From: Octopus sinensis
Taxonomy: Eukaryota
Assembly (NCBI RefSeq): GCF_006345805.1
Contig: NC_043025.1
Span: 15,872,001 to 15,936,000, forward strand
Reading direction: 5' to 3'
DNA: 64,000 bases
In this document: positions 25,841 through 39,672 of the stretch, piece after piece
How positions within the stretch are numbered: position 1 is the first letter of the stretch
How the letters are laid out: every line of letters begins with the position of its first letter
The notes under the pieces: generated by a model
The model's database searches: none
What the model saw: only the letters and a program-made list of their open reading frames with translations
Told to the model about the DNA's origin: nothing
Position numbers and translations under genes: made by a program

Positions 25841-28565
25841 ATAGAGGTTTTCCATTAATACAAAAATTTTAATATCAAGTGGCAACATTATGGAGAAGGT
25901 AGATACATAGACAAAGATGTGGATTTAAATTTAAGAACATTTGAGGTAGTGGGCCCATCAACTGAATGACTAAGATTCAGTTGTTCCAGACTGCTGAAAG
26001 GTTGTGAGAGGGAAGAACAAATGAAGGAGACAAAGATTTTCTATTTATAGAAATGGGATAAAGGGGATGTCAGAGCTCCATAAAGGAATTCATGTTGAAG
26101 ACAGCAATTACCACTACCAAATGCCAATTACTACTATTTGATGAACAGATTTGGCATTAGGAGAACTAGGTCATGTCAAGTGGTCACAATAATATTCACA
26201 GAGAATGCGGAGACCTTACAAACCCTATGCACATCATCACAACAGTTGGTCTATAAGTTCCGAGTACATTGACACGTTAGAATAAAGGAAAAATATAAAT
26301 CTAAAATTATTCATTATGAGTAGGCAAGTACTTATTAACTGGGGGGAAAACCTTATTAATCAAGTGAACATATTAGGGGTCAAAATATATACTAAGAAAG
26401 ATGGAAGAAGAAAAATCAAAGAAGGAAGAAATTCGTAGGTTAGTAGAAGGTGATTAATAATATGAAGAGAGGTAATTTAGAAGAGTAAATTATTCAGATT
26501 TCATGGATAGTGAGTTGATATTAATGAATTAAAAAATAGGATCTATTGGAATAAAATTTGCTACCTGAGGATAAAGGCTAATTAGTTAGGATGAGGATAG
26601 CTGTGTGAAAAAGTGTGTCACACCTTAGCGGTTGAGAGAAACTGTGGAAGAGGTAGACCAGGAAGACCTGGGATGAGATGTTGAAGCACGACCTTCGAAC
26701 ATTAGGGACCAAGACTTTGGAAATATGATGTGCTTGAGAAGACTTGGCAAACCAAGTGAGACCATAACATGGCCTTTACCAGGGGTGTAACCAGCCCACT
26801 TATGCGTACCTTCCCTTCATTGGACACTAAACTCTGCTTGCAAAGGCCTGTTGAGACAAGTGAAATCAAAATCAATTTCAATGACGGCATCCGTTCTAGC
26901 AGGGTGCAAAGAGCACCATACGAGTGTGATCGTTGCCAGAGGGGCTAACTGGCTTCTGTGCCGGTGGCACATGAAAGGCACCATTCGAGCGTGATCGTTA
27001 CCAGCATCGCCCTACTGGCACTTGTGCCGGTGGCATGTGTAAAAAGATTCGAGCAAAGTTGTTGCCAGTACTGCCTGACTGACCCCCATGCCAGTGGCAC
27101 GTAAAAAGCACCCACTACACTCTTGGAGTGGTTGGTGTTAGGAAGGGCATCCAGCTGTAGAAACTCTGCCAGATCAAGATTGGAGCCTGGTGCAGCCATC
27201 TGGTTCGCCAGCTCTCAGTCAAATCGTCCAACCCATGCTAGCATGGAAAGCAGACGTTAAACAATGATGATATATACACACATATTTGCATATATATCGA
27301 TATATAGAAATATATATATATATATATACAAATATATGCATGTGTGTGTGTGTATGAGTGGATGTGTGGTAAGTAGCTTGCTTACGAACCACATGGTTCC
27401 GGGTTCAGTCCCACTGCATGGCACCTTGGTAAAGTGTCTTCTGCTATAGCCTCGGGCCGACCAAAGCCATGTGAGTGGATTTGGTAGACGGAAACTGAAA
27501 GAAGCCCGTCGTATATATGTATATATATATGTGTATGTTTGTGTGTTGTGTTTGCCCCCCTCACCCAACATCGCTTGACAACCGATGCTGGTGTGTTTAT
27601 GTCCCCGTAACTTAGCGGTTCGGCTAAGACTGATAGAATAAGTACTAGGCTTACAAAGAATAAGTCCTGAGGTCGATTTCCTCGACTAAAGGCGGTGCTC
27701 CAGCATGGCCACAGTCAAATGACTGAAACAAATGAATGAATAAAAAATATAATTCTGTGATTTGTAACCTCAACACAGGAGAGTCTCTTTTTCAAGGATG
27801 GACTTTATGAAATTTTACTCATCATACATTGAAGGACAAATCTTTCAATTTACAATTTAATATAGTGGAACATTTAGTATATGTGTGTGTGACAAAACAC
27901 GGATTTCAGAAAAATGACCAGCTAAGCGATTTTAACTTTCAACCTCATCCATTCATATTTTTATGCGTAGATTCGTAACCCTAACCCCTTCCCCCTCGTT
28001 CTCTATTATCTATTTCTCTATCTTGTAAACATGGCACCGATAGCTTCCTGTCTGTCTTAAGATCTTGCATTTTTCTATTCCTCTTTTATTTCAGGTTTAT
28101 CCCTTCGTTATTCCATTCTCCCGAATTCCCTACAAAAATATTCTTTCTTCCTTAACGTCTGACCACCTAAGGCTCTGACCCCACCCCCTCTGACCCACTG
28201 TCTCTCTCTTTCGACTTAGCACTGCGGTTTTCATTCAATTAAATTATGTTTTCCTCAAATCCCAAGTTTCAACTTTCAACTCTATCTCACGATTCGGCAT
28301 TGGCTGTTTCAGTAATTTTTGTTGCAGAGAATTCCCTACGAATAATCTTCTCCCTCGTGTCTGTCCCTCAACCTCGTTGCTCCTTCGCGGTGCGCCCGCC
28401 CGCCCTCCCACCCCCTCCACCAATACCGGAAGTTTCTACCTCTGTCTTACATGGCTATCCCCCCCCCCCACGAATACCCCCACCGGCACCCCTATGTAGG
28501 GTTTATTGTGATCATATAGCGCAAAAACTGTGAAATGTATGCAGGTTGTAGTCTAGAGTCTCAGT

Positions 28566-29370
28566 ATGAAATCTGGCAAATGCAAGCTTTCCTTTCAGGT
28601 ACATGACACGGCTGTCCCTCATCCCAGGGTCTCAGAGGCCCACACCTCCCACGCCCTCAGAGTTGGCACACTCAATGTTGGCACATTGAAAGGTAGGTGT
28701 GGAGAGCTGCTTGAACGGAGACGTGTAGATTTATGCTGCATCCAAGAAGTAAAGGTGGAGAGGAGGTTCCTCACAGGCAAGGAACACAGGTACAAGATTT
28801 TCTGGGCAGGGAACACTGATGGGGTCGGGGGCGTGGGTATGCTTCTTGCGGAGAAATGGGTAGATAAGGTAATCGAGGTAGTCAGAGTAAGTGACAGAGT
28901 ACTTAAGATTAGATTAGTGCTTCACCATAGGTCAGCTACCATCATCTCGGCATATGCCCCTCAACCAGGCTACCGGAAGGACAGAAAGATCAATTCTATG
29001 ACACCCTATTGCGGACTACCTCGTTGACAAATGACAGTGACCTTCTCTTTGTGGCAGGTGATTTCAATGGACATGTCGGGGGCTTCCATGGCGTTCATGG
29101 AGGTTACGGTTTTGGCTCTCGCAATGAGGAGGGAACCAGGCTGCTGGAGTTCTGCGATGCAAATGACCTTATGATTTGCAATACCAGCTTCAGGAAACCA
29201 CCTCTCACCTAGTCACCTACCGTTCTGGCAGACACACTAGCCAGATTGACTACATCCTAGCCAGAAAGCGGGAAAGAGGGCTGCTTATAAATGCCAAAAC
29301 CTTCCCAGGCGAAGAATGTACTCCTCAACAAAGATTAGTAGTTAACGACTTCAGGATCAGAGCTAAATAC
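28566..29370 (+). pseudogene. RTE APE endonuclease, copy 3 (frameshifted)
   Basis: Duplicate of the 21148 ORF. Confidence 0.88.
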
Positions 29371-30302
29371 ATGCACCAGAATTCTGTATGGTATTATCCA
29401 TATAAATCCGTGGGGTGATTATAATCAAAATAAGCAACAAGAATGACTCCGGAAATTTGGTATGATTGTTTCGTACTACATCATTTTATTAAATGTTGTA
29501 AGTATTAAAACAGTTTTAAAATACTGAGCACTCATCAGCCAATTATAGAGGTTTTCCATTAATACAAAAATTTTAATATCAAGTGGCAACATTATGGAGA
29601 AGGTAGATACATAGACAAAGATGTGGATTTAAATTTTAAGAACATTTGAGGTAGTGGAGCCCATCAACTGAATGACTAAGATTCAGTTGTTCCAGACTGC
29701 TGAAAGGTTGTGAGAGGGAAGAACAAATGAAAGGAGACAAAGATTTTCTATTTATAGAAATGGGATAAAGGGGATGTCAGAGCTCCATAAAAGGAATTCA
29801 TGTTGAAGACAGCAATTACCACTACCAAATGCCAATTACTACTATTTGATGAACAGATTTGGCATTAGGAGAACTAGGTCAATGTCAAGTGGTCACAATA
29901 ATATTCACAGAGAATGCGGAGACCTTACAAACCCTATGCACATCATCACAACAGTTGGTCTATAAGTTCCGAGTACATTGACACGTTAGAATAAAGGAAA
30001 AATATAAATCTAAAATTTATTCAATTATGAGTAGGCATAGTACTTATTAACTGGGGGGAAAACCTTATTAATCAAGTGAACATATTAGGGGTCAAAATAT
30101 ATACTAAGAAAGATGGAAGAAGAAAAATCAAAGAAGGAAGAAATTCGTAGGTTTAGTAGAAGGTGATTTAATAATATGAAGAGAGGTAATTTAGAAGAGT
30201 AAATTATTCAGATTTCATGGATAGTGAGTTGATATTAATGAATTAAAAAATAGGATCTATTGGAAATAAAATTTGCTACCTGAGGATAAAGGCTAATTAG
30301 TT

Positions 30303-31045
30303 AGGATGAGGATAGCTGTGTGAAAAAGTGTCACCTTAGCGGTTGAGAGAAACTGTGGAAGAGGTAGACCCAGGAAGACTGGGATGAGATGTTGAAGCAC
30401 GACCTTCGAACATTAGGGACCAAGACCTTTGGAAATATGATGTGCTTGAGAAGACTTGGCAAACCAAGTGAGACCATAACATGGCCTTTACCAGGGGTGT
30501 AACCAGCCCACTTATGCGTACCTTCCTTCATTGGACACTAAACTCTGCTTGCAAAGGCCTGTTGAGGCAAGTGAAATTGAAATCAAAATCAAAATTGATG
30601 ACTGGCATCCGTGCTAGTGGAGCGCTAAGAGCACCATCCGAGCGTGATCGTTGCCAGAGCAACAAGCTGTCCTCTGTGCCAGTGGCATGTAAAAAGTACC
30701 ATTCGAAGGTGATCGTTACCTGCGTCACCTTACTGGCACGTGAAAAAACATTCAAGCGAGGTTGTTACCAGTGCCGCTGGACTGACTCCTGTGCAGGCGG
30801 CACATGAAAAGTACAATTTGAGTGTGGCCGTTGCCAGTACCACCTAACTGGCCCTAGTGCCGGTAGCATTAAAAGCACCCACTACACCCTCGGAGCGGTT
30901 GGCGTTAGGAAGGGCATCCAGCTGTAGAAACTCTGCCAGATCAGATTGGAGCCTGGTGCAGCCATCTGGTTCGGCAGACTTCAGTCAAATCGTCCAACCC
31001 ATGCCAGCATGGAAATCGGACGTTAAACGATGATGATGATGATGA
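30303..31045 (+). mobile_element. 5'-truncated RTE 3' end
   Basis: CGRGRPRK C-terminus, tail repeats and (GAT)n. Confidence 0.88.
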
Positions 31046-31074
31046 TATATATGTATATACACATATACTCTTTT

Positions 31075-31458
31075 TACTCTTTTACTCGTTTCAGTCATTT
31101 GACTGCGGCCATGCTGGAGCACCACCTTTAGTCGAGCAAATCACCCCAGGACTTATTCTTTGTAAGCCTAGTACTTATTCTATCGGTCTCTTTTGCCAAA
31201 TTGCTAAGTTACGGGGACGTAAACACACTGGCATCGGTTGTCAAGCAATGTTGGGGGACAAACACACACACACATTTATATACATCTACATATATACAAC
31301 AGGCTTCTTTCAGTTTCCATCTACCGAATCCACTCACAAGGTTTTGGTAGGCCTGAGGCTAAAGTAGAAGACACTTTCCCAAGGTACCATGCAGTGGGAC
31401 TGAACCCAAAACCATGTGGTTGGTAAGCAAGCCACTTACCACACAGCCACTTTTGCGC
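31075..31458 (-). mobile_element. tRNA-derived SINE
   Basis: Reverse complement of the 44553-44947 family. Confidence 0.85.
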
Positions 31459-31477
31459 CCATATATATATATATATA

Positions 31478-32341
31478 TCATCATCATCATCATCATCATC
31501 GTTTAACATCCGTTCTCCATGCTAGCATGGGTTGGACGGTTCGACCGGGGTTCTGGGAGCCAGAAGGCTGCACCAGGCTCCAGTCTAATCTGGCAATGTT
31601 TCTACAGCTGGATGCCCTTCCTAACGCCAACCACTCCGTGAGTGTAGTGGGTGCTTTTTACGTGCCACCTGCACAGGTGCCAGGCGAGGCTGGCAACGGC
31701 CACGGTCAGATTGGTGTATTTTATGTGCCACCGGCACAGAAGCCAGTCGAGGCGGTGCTGGCATCGGCCACGAGTCGGATAGTGCTTTTTACGTACCACC
31801 AGACCAGGGATCCTGGCTGGTTCAATTCGATTTCGATTTCGCTTGCCCCAACATGTCTTCACAAGCAAAGGGGGTTGGCATGGGTGCCTGTCGTACGGTC
31901 GCATTGGAGTATTTTACGTGCCACGGCCACGAGTCGGATAGTGCTTTTTACGTACCACCAGGCCAGGGATCCTGGCTGGTTCAATTCGGTTTCGATTTCG
32001 ATTTCGTTTGCCCCAACATGTCTTCGCAAGCATGGGGGGTTGGCATGGGTGTCTGTCGTCGGATGAGGTTCTATATCGACTTCGCTTGCCTCAACAGGTC
32101 TTTGTGTCCAAGGGAGGAAAGGCATTCATAAGTGGGCTGGGCTCACTTGTCCTGCCTGGTCTTCTCACGTACAGAATATTTCCAAAGGTCTCGGTCGCTG
32201 GTCATTTCCTCAGTGAGGCCTAAAGTTCGAAGGTCGTGCTTCACCACCTCGTCCCAGGTTTTCCTGGGTCTACCTCTTCCACGGGTTCCCTCAACTGCTA
32301 GGGATTGGCACTTTCTCACACACCTATCTTCATCCATTCTC

Positions 32342-32345
<4 letters not shown>
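31478..32345 (-). mobile_element. 5'-truncated RTE 3' end between TA tracts
   Basis: MARMDEDRCVRKC..GRGRPRKTWDEVVKHDL plus tail with an internal ~170-bp duplication. Confidence 0.9.
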
Positions 32346-32373
<28 letters not shown>

Positions 32374-32420
32374 CGCACGCACACATGTATGTATGTATAT
32401 ATATGTATATAGATATAGAC

Positions 32421-32457
<37 letters not shown>

Positions 32458-33134
32458 TGATTCCATCTACCAAATCCACTTACAAAGCTTTGGTTGGCCC
32501 AAGGCCATAGTAGAAGACACTTGTCCAAGGTGTCATGCAGTGGGATTGAACCCAGAACCCAGAACCATGTGGCAAGCTTCTTACCACACAGCCACAACTG
32601 TACCTAAAAAAATGTATGTACGTATGTATGTATGTACGTATGTATGTATGTATGTATAGTTTGGACAATCAATAACTTGTCATTATAGGAGTTTCAAATG
32701 CCGAAGCTAAGAGCTACGATGCATTCTCATTGGCTATTAATGGTAACAGACGTTATGAAATCGCAAAAACTGTTGAATAAAAGGCAAGTTACTCTAAAAG
32801 GTAGGAAAAAATATATACATATAAAAGATAAACAATACATCCAACCATATTCTCACAATACATAGACATAAAACCTCCTCTCTTCATAACGTCTACATAC
32901 ATACATACTTGCACAAACATGTATATGTACAGACGCATTCACACACAAACATATATGTGCATGTACGTACTCATATGTATACACATATCCACACTCCAAA
33001 CACTATTATGATTGTCCTAACCATACATATAGAAACGATCCTCTATTTACTTAATATTGAAGTCTCATTCTTTTGTTGTCATTTTTATTATTATCATTAT
33101 TATTATTATTATTATATTTATATTATTATATTTC

Positions 33135-36100
33135 GTGCTGGTGGCACGTAAAAAGCACCATCCGATCGTGGCCGTTGCCAGCCTGGCCTGGCCCCTGTGC
33201 CCGTGGCACGTAAAAAGCACCATCCGATTGTGGCCGTTGCCAGCCTGGCCTGGCCCCTGTGCCGGTGGCACGTAAAAAGCACCATCCGATTGTGGCCGTT
33301 GCCAGCCTGGCCTGGCCCCTGTGCCCGTGGCACGTAAAAAGCACCATCCGATCGTGGCCGTTTGCCAGCCTGGCCTGGCCCCTGTGCCCGTGGCACGTAA
33401 AAAGCACCATCCGATTGTGGCCGTTTGCCAGCCTGGCCTGGCCCCTGTGCCCGTGGCACATAAAAAGCACCATCCGATTGTGGCCGTTGCCAGCCTGGCC
33501 TGGCCCCTGTGCTGGTGGCACGTAAAAAGCACCATCCGACCGTGGCCGTTTGCCAGCCTCGTCTGGCCCCTGTGCCGGTGGCACGTAAAAAGCACCATCC
33601 GATCGTGGCCGTTTGCCAGCCTGGCCTGGCCCCTGTGCCCGTGGCACGTAAAAAGCACCATCCGATCGTGGCCGTTTGCCAGCCTGGCCTGGCCCCTGTG
33701 CCCGTGGCACGTAAAAAGCACCATCCGATCGTGGCCGTTTGCCAGCCTGGCCTGGCCCCTGTGCCCGTGGCACGTAAAAAGCACCATCCGATTGTGGCCG
33801 TTGCCAGCCTGGCCTGGCCCCTGTGCTGGTGGCACGTAAAAAGCACCATCCGATTGTGGCCGTTGCCAGCCTGGCCTGGCCCCTGTGCCCGTGGCACGTA
33901 AAAAGCACCATCCGATCGTGGCCGTTTGCCAGCCTGGCCTGGCCCCTGTGCCGGTGGCACATAAAATGCACCATCCGATCATGGCCGTTTGCCAGCCTCG
34001 CCTGGCCCCTGTGCCCGTGGCACATAAAAAGCACCATCCGACCGTGGCCGTTTGCCAGCCTGGCCTGGCCCCTGTGCCGGTGGCACATAAAATGCACCAT
34101 CCGATCATGGCCGTTTGCCAGCCTGGCCTGGCCCCTGTGCCGGTGGCACATAAAATGCACCATCCGACCGTGGCCGTTTGCCAGCCTGGCCTGGCCCCTG
34201 TGCCGGTGGCACGTAAAAAGCACCATCCGATCATGGCCGTTTGCCAGCCTCGCCTGGCCCCTGTGCCCGTGGCACATAAAATGCACCATCCGATCATGGC
34301 CGTTTGCCAGCCTCGCCTGGCCCCTGTGCCCGTGGCACATAAAATGCACCATCCGATCATGGCCGTTTGCCAGCCTCGCCTGGCCCCTGTGCCGGTGGCA
34401 CGTAAAAAGCACCATCCGATCATGGCCGTTTTCCAGCCTGGCCTGGCCCCTGTGCTGGTGGCACATAAAATGCACCATCCGATCATGGCCGTTTGCCAGC
34501 CTGGCCTGGCCCCTGTGCCGGTGGCACGTAAAAAGCACCATCCGATCATGGCCGTTTGCCAGCCTGGCCTGGCCCCTGTGCCCGTGGCACATAAAAAGCA
34601 CCATCCGATCATGGCCGTTTGCCAGCCTGGCCTGGCCCCTGTGCCGGTGGCACGTAAAAAGCACCATCCGATTGTGGCCGTTTTCCAGCCTGGCCTGGCC
34701 CCTGTGCCGGTGGCACGTAAAAAGCACCATCCGACCGTGGCCGTTTGCCAGCCTGGCCTGGCCCCTGTGCCGGTGGCATGTAAAAAGCACCATCCGACCG
34801 TGGCCGTTTGCCAGCCTGGCCTGGCCCCTGTGCCGGTGGCATGTAAAAAGCACCATCCGACCGTGGCCGTTTGCCAGCCTGGCCTGGCCCCTGTGCCGGT
34901 GGCATGTAAAAAGCACCATCCGATCCGACCGTGGCCGTTTTCCAGCCTGACCTGGCCCCTGTGCCGGTGGCATGTAAAAAGCACCATCCGACCGTGGCCG
35001 TTTTCCAGCCTGACCTGGCCCCTGTGCCGGTGGCATGTAAAAAGCACCATCCGATCGTGGCCGTTGCCAGCCTGGCCTGGCCCCTGTGCAGGTGGTACGT
35101 AAAAAGCACCATCCGATTGTGGCCGTTTTCCAGCCTGGCCTGGCCCCTGTGCCGGTGGCATGTAAAAAGCACCATCCGACCGTGGCCGTTTGCCAGCCTG
35201 GCCTGGCCCCTGTGCCGGTGGCACATAAAAAGCACCATCCGATCATGGCCGTTTGCCAGCCTCGCCTGGCCCCTGTGCCGGTGGCATGTAAAAAGCACCA
35301 TCCGATCGTGGCCGTTTGCCAGCCTCGCCTGGCCCCTGTGCCGGTGGCATGTAAAAAGCACCATCCGACCGTGGCCGTTTGCCAGCCTGCCTGGCCCCTG
35401 TGCCGGTGGCATGTAAAAAGCACCATCCGACCGTGGCCGTTTGCCAGCCTGGCCTGGCCCCTGTGCCGGTGGCATGTAAAAAGCACCATCCGACCGTGGC
35501 CGTTTGCCAGCCTGGCTGGCCCCTGTGCCGGTGGCATGTAAAAAGCACCATCCGACCGTGGCCGTTTTCCAGCCTGACCTGGCCCCTGTGCCGGTGGCAT
35601 GTAAAAAGCACCATCCGACCGTGGCCGTTTTCCAGCCTGACCTGGCCCCTGTGCCGGTGGCACATAAAAAGCACCATCCGACCGTGGCCGTTTTCCAGCC
35701 TGACCTGGCCCCTGTGCCGGTGGCATGTAAAAAGCACCATCCGATCGTGGCCGTTTGCCAGCCTGGCCTGGCCCCTGTGCAGGTGGTACGTAAAAAGCAC
35801 CATCCGATTGTGGCCGTTTTCCAGCCTGGCCTGGCCCCTGTGCCGGTGGCATGTAAAAAGCACCATCCGACCGTGGCGTTTGCCAGCCTGGCCTGGCCCC
35901 TGTGCCGGTGGCATGTAAAAAGCACCATCCGACCGTGGCCGTTTTCCAGCCTGACCTGGCCCCTGTGCCGGTGGCATGTAAAAAGCACCATCCGACCGTG
36001 GCCGTTTTCAGCCTGACCTGGCCCCTGTGCGGTGGCATGTAAAAAGCACCATCCGATCGTGGCCGTTTGCCAGCCTGGCCTGGCCCCTGTGCAGGTGGTA

Positions 36101-39100
36101 CGTAAAAAGCACCATCCGATTGTGGCCGTTTTCCAGCCTGGCCTGGCCCCTGTGCCGGTGGCATGTAAAAAGCACCATCGACCGTGGCCGTTGCCAGCCT
36201 GGCCTGGCCCCTGTGCCGGTGGCACATAAAAAGCACCATCCGATCGTGGCCGTTTGCCAGCCTCGCCTGGCCCCTGTGCCGGTGGCATGTAAAAAGCACC
36301 ATCCGATCGTGGCCGTTTGCCAGCCTCGCCTGGCCCCTGTGCCGGTGGCATGTAAAAAGCACCATCCGACCGTGGCCGTTTGCCAGCCTGGCCTGGCCCC
36401 TGTGCCGGTGGCATGTAAAAAGCACCATCCGACCGTGGCCGTTTGCCAGCCTGGCCTGGCCCCTGTGCCGGTGGCATGTAAAAAGCACCATCCGACCGTG
36501 GCCGTTTGCCAGCCTGCCTGGCCCCTGTGCGGTGGCATGTAAAAAGCACCATCCGACCGTGGCCGTTTTCCAGCCTGACCTGGCCCCTGTGCCGGTGGCA
36601 TGTAAAAAGCACCATCCGACCGTGGCCGTTTTCCAGCCTGACCTGGCCCCTGTGCCGGTGGCATGTAAAAAGCACCATCCGACCGTGGCCGTTTTCCAGC
36701 CTGACCTGGCCCCTGTGCCGGTGGCATGTAAAAAGCACCATCCGATCGTGGCCGTTTGCCAGCCTGGCCTGGCCCCTGTGCAGGTGGTACGTAAAAAGCA
36801 CCATCCGATTGTGGCCGTTTTCCAGCCTGGCCTGGCCCCTGTGCCGGTGGCATGTAAAAAGCACCATCCGACCGTGGCCGTTTGCCAGCCTGGCCTGGCC
36901 CCTGTGCCGGTGGCACATAAAAAGCACCATCCGATCGTGGCCGTTTGCCAGCCTCGCCTGGCCCCTGTGCCGGTGGCATGTAAAAAGCACCATCCGATCG
37001 TGGCCGTTTGCCAGCCTCGCCTGGCCCCTGTGCCGGTGGCATGTAAAAAGCACCATCCGATCGTGGCCGTTTGCCAGCCTCGCCTGGCCCCTGTGCCGGT
37101 GGCATGTAAAAAGCACCATCCGACCGTGGCCGTTTGCCAGCCTGGCCTGGCCCCTGTGCCGGTGGCACATAAAATGCACCATCCGATCATGGCCGTTTGC
37201 CAGCCTGGCCTGGCCCCTGTGCCGGTGGCACATAAAAAGCACCATCCGACCGTGGCCGTTTGCCAGCCTGGCCTGGCCCCTGTGCCGGTGGCACATAAAA
37301 AGCACCATCCGATCGTGGCCGTTTGCCAGCCTCGCCTGGCCCCTGTGCCGGTGGCATGTAAAAAGCACCATCCGATCGTGGCCGTTTGCCAGCCTCGCCT
37401 GGCCCCTGTGCCGGTGGCACGTAAAAAGCACCATCCGATCGTGGCCGTTTGCCAGCCTGGCCTGGCCCTGTGCCGGTGGCACGTAAAAAGCACCATCCGA
37501 TTGTGGCCGTTTTCCAGCCTGGCCTGGCCCTGTGCCGGTGGCATGTAAAAAGCACACCATCCGACCGTGGCCGTTTGCCAGCCTGGCCTGGCCCCTGTGC
37601 CGGTGGCACATAAAAAGCACCATCCGATTGTGGCCGTTTGCCAGCCTGGCCTGGCCCTGTGCCCGTGGCACATAAAAAGCACCATCCGATCGTGGCCGTT
37701 TGCCAGCCTGGCCTGGCCCCTGTGCGGTGGCACGTAAAAAGCACCATCCGACCGTGGCCGTTTGCCAGCCTGGCCTGGCCCCTGTGCCGGTGGCATGTAA
37801 AAAGCACCATCCGACCGTGGCCGTTTGCCAGCCTGGCCTGGCCCCTGTGCCGGTGGCATGTAAAAAGCACCATCCGACCGTGGCCGTTTGCCAGCCTGGC
37901 CTGGCCCCTGTGCCGGTGGCATGTAAAAAGCACCATCCGACCATGGCCGTTTGCCAGCCTGGCCTGGCCCCTGTGCCGGTGGCACATAAAAAGCACCATC
38001 CGATCGTGGCCGTTTGCCAGCCTCGCCTGGCCCCTGTGCCGGTGGCATGTAAAAAGCACCATCCGACCATGGCCGTTTGCCAGCCTGGCCTGGCCCCTGT
38101 GCCGGTGGCATGTAAAAAGCACCATCCGACCGTGGCCGTTTGCCAGCCTGGCCTGGCCCCTGTGCCGGTGGCATGTAAAAAGCACCATCCGACCATGGCC
38201 GTTTGCCAGCTGGCCTGGCCCCTGTGCCGGTGGCATGTAAAAAGCACCATCCGACCATGGCCGTTTGCCAGCCTGGCCTGGCCCCTGTGCCGGTGGCATG
38301 TAAAAAGCACCATCCGACCGTGGCCGTTTGCCAGCCTGGCCTGGCCCCTGTGCCGGTGGCATGTAAAAAGCACCATCCGACCATGGCCGTTTGCCAGCCT
38401 GGCCTGGCCCCTGTGCCGGTGGCATGTAAAAAGCACCATCCGACCGTGGCCGTTTGCCAGCCTGGCCTGGCCCCTGTGCCGGTGGCACGTAAAAAGCACC
38501 ATCCGATTGTGGCCGTTTTCCAGCCTGGCCTGGCCCCTGTGCCGGTGGCATGTAAAAAGCACCATCCGATAATGGCCGTTTGCCAGCCTGGCCTGGCCCC
38601 TGTGCCGGTGGCACGTAAAAAGCACCATCCGATAATGGCCGTTTGCCAGCCTCGCCTGGCCCCTGTGCCCGTGGCACGTAAAAAGCACCATCCGACCGTG
38701 GCCGTTTGCCAGCCTCGCCTGGCCCCTGTGCCAGTGGCACGTAAAAAGCACCATCCGATCGTGGCCGTTTGCCAGCCTGGCCTGGCCCCTGTGCCAGTGG
38801 CACGTAAAAAGCACCATCCGATCGTGGCCGTTTGCCAGCCTCGCCTGGCCCCTGTGCCCGTGGCACGTAAAAAGCACCATCCGACCGTGGCCGTTTGCCA
38901 GCCTCGTCTGGCCCTGTGCCGGTGGCACGTAAAAAGCACCATCCGATCGTGGCGTTTGCCAGCCTGGCCTGGCCCCTGTGCCCGTGGCACGTAAAAAGCA
39001 CCATCCGATCGTGGCCGTTTGCCAGCCTGGCCTGGCCCCTGTGCCCGTGGCCGTAAAAAGCACCATCCGATCGTGGCCGTTTGCCAGCCTGGCCTGGCCC

Positions 39101-39500
39101 CTGTGCCCGTGGCACGTAAAAAGCACCATCCGATTGTGGCCGTTGCCAGCCTGGCCTGGCCCCTGTGCTGGTGGCACGTAAAAAGCACCATCCGATCGTG
39201 GCCGTTTGCCAGCTGGCCTGGCCCTGTGCCGGTGGCACATAAAAAGCACCATCCGATCGTGGCCGTTTGCCAGCCTGGCCTGGCCCCTGTGCCAGTGGCA
39301 CGTAAAAAGCACCATCCGATTGTGGCCGTTGCCAGCCTCGCCTGGCACCTGTGCTGGTGGCACGTAAAAAGCACCATCCGATTGTGGCCGTTTGCCAGCC
39401 TCGTCTGGCACCTGTGCTGGTGGCACGTAAAAAGCACCATCCGATTGTGGCCGTTTGCCAGCCTCGCCTGGCACCTGTGCCGGTGGCACGTAAAAAGCAC
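33135..39500 (+). repeat. 63-bp GC-rich minisatellite, ~100 copies, derived from the RTE 3' UTR unit
   Basis: Unit GTGCCGGTGGCACGTAAAAAGCACCATCCGATCGTGGCCGTTTGCCAGCCTGGCCTGGCCCCT; runs directly into the RTE terminal domain. Confidence 0.98.
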
Positions 39501-39672
39501 CCACTACACTCACGGAGTGGTTGGCGTTAGGAAGGGCATCCAGCCGTAGAAACATTGCCAGATAAGACTGGAGCCTGGTGCAGCCTTCTGGCTTCCCAGA
39601 CCCCAGTTGAACCGTCCAACCCATGCCAGCATGGAAAGCGGACGCTAAACGATGATGATGATGATGAGGATG
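39501..39672 (+). mobile_element. RTE terminal 3' domain capping the minisatellite
   Basis: CCACTACACTC..GGAAGGGCATCCAGCCGTAG..CATGGAAAGCGGACG..(GAT)n. Confidence 0.9.

Larger units (their letters stand above)
19458..30566. repeat. tandem duplication, 3 units of ~3.7 kb (19458-23142, 23143-26855, 26856-30566)
   Basis: Near-identical order of RTE tail, SINE, pyrimidine-rich leader, APE ORF, hammerhead-bearing insert and RTE C-terminus; periods 3685, 3713 and 3711. Confidence 0.95.

Noticed and set aside
33135-39500. CRISPR array, or HDV/pistol ribozyme reading of the unit
   Set aside because: No unique spacers or cas genes; I could not complete HDV P1/P2 or find the conserved pistol residues
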